NCBI RefSeq assembly: GCF_041248615.1
Contig: NZ_CP158425.1
Direction: 5' to 3' (one strand)
Source of the DNA: Escherichia coli
GTDB taxonomy: Bacteria > Pseudomonadota > Gammaproteobacteria > Enterobacterales > Enterobacteriaceae
Length of the DNA: 64,000 nt
Within the stretch, counting starts at the first letter, position 1, and every line of letters begins with the position of its first letter. The position numbers and the translations under genes were made by a program. The notes beneath the pieces are model-generated. The model made no database searches, was not told where the DNA came from, and saw only the letters and a list, made by a program, of their open reading frames with translations. Of the stretch, positions 59,776 to 64,000 are shown one piece after another.

Positions 59776-59930
59776 CGGGATACACTGGTTTTAATTACAG
59801 GTCATTTTAGCACTCATGTACCTGGTTATGAACAGGGTGGAAACAACGAAAAAGGTTGTGAAATCGTTAGGCTTAAGTGAAAAATGATATTAAGATTATC
59901 CTTGGCCAGTTGAGGCCTGTCTAAAGAAGG

Positions 59931-60149
59931 TTGATTATGTCTGACACAAAGCAGTCTTATTTAATGAAATTCCGTAAGTGTAGTTCGTTCGAAACGCTCG
60001 AAAAAGTATTTGAAAGGTTATGTGAAAAAAACTCGGGTGTCGCCTCTCTTGAAATTTCTGGTGCTTATGATCATCGTAAAGCCGAACTGACAATGAAAAA
60101 GTTATATGACAAAGTTCCTGCGAGTGTGTGGACCTTTGTTCGCGAGTAA
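59931..60149 (+). CDS. Hypothetical small protein
   Basis: 72-aa ORF divergent from the recombinase; GCCCC tttc GGGGC hairpin downstream (60203-60216). Confidence 0.3.
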   Translation: MIMSDTKQSYLMKFRKCSSFETLEKVFERLCEKNSGVASLEISGAYDHRKAELTMKKLYDKVPASVWTFVRE

Positions 60150-60509
60150 TTATTAATATTGGCACAACAAAAAGACTGTGCCTGGATTTGAAAATAGTTT
60201 ATGCCCCTTTCGGGGCTAAAGGCATTGTAATAGCCTGTCTTTTAAAGTTGTTTATTAAGTTCGGAGAAAAACTTTAATCATAAGCCAAGCCCACTGCTAA
60301 ATACATCCGATATTCTCCTTCATTTTATTAGAAGTGATAAAAGTTACTTTACCTAAACTTCTCTCTCAATATTTGTAAGGCTCTCATTTGATTTTTGTCA
60401 AACATTAATCTGGAAGACGGAAAAATCATTTCTTTTAATACGTTTTACAGAAATCCTCCTCCGTTATTTCGGATATAGTTTGAATCATTATCAAAAACGG
60501 GGTGCAGCC

Positions 60510-61592
60510 ATGCGTAAGAGTTATACATTTGGTATTCCATTTGGACTCCAGCGTGAATCAGGACTCTTTTTAGATATTACAGAGGTCAGCCGGGGTATTG
60601 ACTGTAACTGCATCTGCCCCGCTTGCAAAACTGATCTGTTAGCAAAGCAGGGGGAGGTCAAGCTTTGGCATTTCTCACACAGTACAGCTGTAGCCGGTGA
60701 CTGTGATGGTCTGATGGAAGCCATCCGGGGAAAGATTATTGAAGTCATCAACGAGCACCAGGTTCTTGGTTTCCCAAATCTTCTCGCTGGCGACGATGGT
60801 GGGCCGGTTTCACTGAATGAGGTTAGTGGAAGCGGCAGTATGTTCGGAGGCACAGCTGATCTGTTCGTAAAGGTTAATGATTTATGTGTGGCCGTCTTTC
60901 TGGACAGGGATCGCAGCATTTCAGAGAAGTTAACCTTTGACCATCTTCATCCTTCCGAAAGAGTTGCCGCATTGCGTATCGATCTTCCTGATATTGAATA
61001 TGAAATCAGTCAGGTGCAGCTCGGGCGACGTAAAACAACATACAGTGAGTGCATTGAAAGCCTGATCATTGATGAGACCAGTTCCCGGGAATGGCTATAT
61101 CATCCATTAATGCATGAACTTGAATCTGAACCTCTTCAGGAGTATCGGGGACGGGAGCCTTCAGAGGAAGGGCCTCTTCTTCAGCGCCTTGCTGACTGTA
61201 AGATGAAATTGCCTGATATCCTTCCGGGCAGTCATAACGCGCTAGTCAGGTTACAGCAGGATACGATTGTATGTCTGTGTCGGTTAACGGTTCGGGCTTA
61301 TGACATCGCTCAGACCGATGAATTTCCTTTGTTCCTTCGCTATTTCAGGTTGCACTGCCTGGAAAACAGCGAACATGTCAGTTACGAAAGACTGATCTGC
61401 TGGCAGGAAATGATTTCAAAAACCCAGGAAGGCCAGTCCTTGACACAAAACGAACTTGAATATCTTCATGAGATTGTCCGCATCGCCTTTTACAATCACC
61501 GGCTTAACAATGTCAGTATTTCAGATGTTAAAAACCATGACACTGGAAAGAAGAGCGGCAGGGTAGAGTCACAAAACTATTCACTTTTATAA
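60510..61592 (+). CDS. Hypothetical protein with N-terminal zinc-ribbon-like motif
   Basis: CNCICPACK...HFSH near the N-terminus; ORF track starts at 60480. Confidence 0.4.
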   Translation: MRKSYTFGIPFGLQRESGLFLDITEVSRGIDCNCICPACKTDLLAKQGEVKLWHFSHSTAVAGDCDGLMEAIRGKIIEVINEHQVLGFPNLLAGDDGGPVSLNEVSGSGSMFGGTADLFVKVNDLCVAVFLDRDRSISEKLTFDHLHPSERVAALRIDLPDIEYEISQVQLGRRKTTYSECIESLIIDETSSREWLYHPLMHELESEPLQEYRGREPSEEGPLLQRLADCKMKLPDILPGSHNALVRLQQDTIVCLCRLTVRAYDIAQTDEFPLFLRYFRLHCLENSEHVSYERLICWQEMISKTQEGQSLTQNELEYLHEIVRIAFYNHRLNNVSISDVKNHDTGKKSGRVESQNYSLL

Positions 61593-61758
61593 ATAACTTG
61601 GGCTTTGCGCATTAAACCCTTGCCGCAGGCGGTGTACCGCATATCCGGCACAGACAGTCAGTTTTTTCTGGCAGCTTAAATTTGACACTGCTTAATATAG
61701 TGATTCATTAAACAGGTTCAGTATGCTGCCAGAACGTTTTAGTCGTAATGGGCGTCCG

Positions 61759-62741
61759 TTAGTTTTCAACTAACTGAACGACGACCAGCCTGCCGCCTTC
61801 CTCCTTTGACAGAACAAACTGAGCGTTATTCGTCAGTTCAATTTTTTCCCCAATGGCAATCTGTCGTTTATCCGGTAATGACATAAGCCCATTTATGCCT
61901 TCATTTACTAACCACCACTGATCGTTATGGAAAACAAAATACCCAACTCGTTTCCTTTGTGCATCGGTTGTGCGCTCATTTGGCGCAATGAGGCGATTCA
62001 CATGCCACGCATAGATTGACTGCCCGCTCCACACCATCAACCGGTGGTCGTCAGGACGATAACTGCCTTCCTTTCGGGATGAATATAAATTTAGAACCGG
62101 TAATTTACCCTTGTATGGCGTACCGCAGTAGGGACAAACCGGCTTTGTCTTACCTGAGAAAACGTACCATTTCTGTTCACACGCCTTGTTCTGGCAGGGC
62201 TGTATCAGATCGACTGTTTTAACCAGGGCACTTTCCCACTCATCGGCGGTCGGGCGTTTATTGGCATCGTGTAAGCCATCAATAAAGGCGCGTTCAAACA
62301 AAGGCGTCAAATAAGGGCCCATGATGGTGTAAGGAATTTTCTCCGGGTCAGCCCAGGGCAGTGAAAAGGAGGATAGCTGACTGACTTTGACTGCATTGCT
62401 TTTGTCTGTCGGATGTTCAATGAAGAGTGCCTTCTCACCCATAGATAAGGTCTCATCACGTACTTCATCCGACATGTCATGTATTTTTCCGCCACGTAGC
62501 GGATGACGGAAGAACAGATACATGTAGATAAGCACCGACAGCGCATGACGGTCAGTAGAAATGCTTGGCAATACGCGGTTCGGATCCTCTTTGGAAAGAT
62601 GGCTGGTTTTCACCACTTCCGGAGCGATAAAATCCGGGGTGCCCACGACGTCGGGAGGATACTTTCCAGGGACAACCAGGCCGTCTACGTCAATGATGCA
62701 GGCATGTCCCATTTCTGGATCGATAAGCACGTTTTTATAGG
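61759..62741 (-). pseudogene. Protein-kinase-like gene (Hanks-type C-lobe motifs) whose 5' end is interrupted by the IS30-family element
   Basis: Catalytic-loop/DFG/APE-like motifs in order (NVLID, IIDVDG, GTPDFIAPE); no Gly-loop or VAIK N-lobe; the first ~36 codons of the tracked ORF (62742-62850) run into the IS end. Confidence 0.45.
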
Positions 62742-63845
62742 CTGAATTTACAATCCAAGTGCAACAAAAAAAGAAGTACTCATCAACTAGAATATAATTT
62801 TGTTTCCACACAAAAACCATTTCCAAATGATGAGTACTTCCTACCGACATCTTACAATAAACGAGCGAGAAAAGATAATGATTTTACTCGCACAGGGCAA
62901 AAAACAAGCAGAAATTGCCAAAGCACTGGGACGTAGCTCCAGCACCATTTCTCGCGAGCTGAAACGACACGCTCTAGAAAGCTACAGTGCAACGAACGCA
63001 CAAAACAGCTATTTGAAGCATCGTCAAAATAGCAAAGCACAGCGCAAATTAGAGCAGCCTGAATATTTCAATTTGGTGCAAGAAAAGTTTCTGACAGAAA
63101 ACTGGTCGCCCGAACAAATCAGCGCACGATTAAAATTGGAAAAATCTGAATTATCCATTAGTTATTCAACCATTTATCGTGGTATTTATTCAGGGTTGTT
63201 TGATATAGGCGAACGCAAAGCCAGTCGCAAACTGCGCCACAAAGGCAAAACACGGCATACAAAAAATCATCATGAAAAACGTGGCAAAATTCAGATATCC
63301 AACCATTTGAACGACCGTCCCATTTCGGCGCAAAATCGCAGTCGCTTTGGACATTGGGAAGCCGATACCGTACTGGGTAAAGCGGGTGGAGCTTGTTTGC
63401 TGACGCTGACGGAACGCAAAAGTCGTTTTGAGTTGGTGAAGAAAATTCCTGCCAAAAAAGCCGAAGCAGTCCAAAAAGCCATGATTGAATTGCTGGATTC
63501 ACATATATTGCGGTCAATTACGCCAGACCGTGGTAAAGAATTTGCCCAACATCGTTTGGTAACAGAAGCACTGGGTGTAGAATTTTACTTCCCCGAGCCG
63601 CATCAACCGTGGACACGGGGAACGAATGAAAATACAAATGGGTTACTTCGTGAATACTTTCCGAAGCACCAAGACATCAATCAGTGGAGCGAAGTTGATA
63701 TTCAACAGGTGATCAATAAACTGAATTTACGACCACGTAAATGTTTAGGTTGGAAAACACCTTATGAAGTTTACTTCAAAAAATCGTTGCACTTGGTTTG
63801 ACAATTCAAGATACAAATTATAAATACTCTCAAGTGTATATTCAG
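62742..63845. mobile_element. IS30-family insertion sequence (about 1.1 kb); boundaries approximate
   Basis: Contains the IS30-family transposase gene; imperfect terminal inverted repeats beginning CTGAAT at about 62742 and, inverted, ending at about 63845. Confidence 0.5.
62827..63801 (+). CDS. IS30-family DDE transposase
   Basis: N-terminal HTH (TINEREKIMILLAQGKKQAEIAKALGRSSSTISRELKRH); DDE-region signatures (GHWEADTV, WTRGTNENTNGLLREYFPK). Confidence 0.85.
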   Translation: MMSTSYRHLTINEREKIMILLAQGKKQAEIAKALGRSSSTISRELKRHALESYSATNAQNSYLKHRQNSKAQRKLEQPEYFNLVQEKFLTENWSPEQISARLKLEKSELSISYSTIYRGIYSGLFDIGERKASRKLRHKGKTRHTKNHHEKRGKIQISNHLNDRPISAQNRSRFGHWEADTVLGKAGGACLLTLTERKSRFELVKKIPAKKAEAVQKAMIELLDSHILRSITPDRGKEFAQHRLVTEALGVEFYFPEPHQPWTRGTNENTNGLLREYFPKHQDINQWSEVDIQQVINKLNLRPRKCLGWKTPYEVYFKKSLHLV

Positions 63846-64000
63846 TATGGGATTGCGCAATGATTGCCTAATAAAATTTCTGAAATATTTCTGTATCGCA
63901 TAATTTTTTATATCAGATAAATTGTACTGGATTTCTTAAAAAATTGCAGTATAATTGCCGCAATTATCCCACCGTTTATTTTTTGAGTAGTTTCTCATGA

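Noticed and set aside
62852-63517. Minus-strand ORFs (62852-63040, 63158-63517, 63190-63474, 63291-63482) within the IS
   Set aside because: Antisense to the IS30-family transposase gene.

Overview
The window reads as backbone plus cargo of a large, low-GC conjugative plasmid whose organisation resembles the IncHI-type Tra2 region; that family assignment is an inference from gene order and motifs, not from a database search. From the start: an iteron-type RepA (1-876) with a downstream iteron cluster, then an F-type mating-pair-formation operon (pilin, TraL, TraE, TraK, TraB, DsbC-like, TraV, TraC/VirB4). This is followed by a ~3.6 kb array of ~249-bp tandem repeats (12061-15640), a type I partition module (ParA/ParB), a minus-strand operon carrying a metallophosphoesterase and three exported proteins, a type II partition module (ParM/ParR-like), a 1434-aa exported giant protein, and the rest of the transfer genes (TraF-peptidase-like, TraW, TraU, TraN). 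The second half (36-62 kb) is an accessory block of mostly unknown genes: a UvrD-like helicase, a small possible OB-fold protein, a MoxR/CobS-like AAA+ ATPase with a vWA/CobT-like partner, a primase-like protein, five tandem ~300-aa paralogues, a tyrosine recombinase, and a kinase-like gene abutting an IS30-family insertion. In this block almost every intergenic junction carries a GC-clamped hairpin, usually with a T-run. The best candidates for something undescribed are the helicase-to-primase module, the paralogue array with its hairpin punctuation, and the 249-bp repeat array. No rRNA, tRNA or CRISPR array was recognised.
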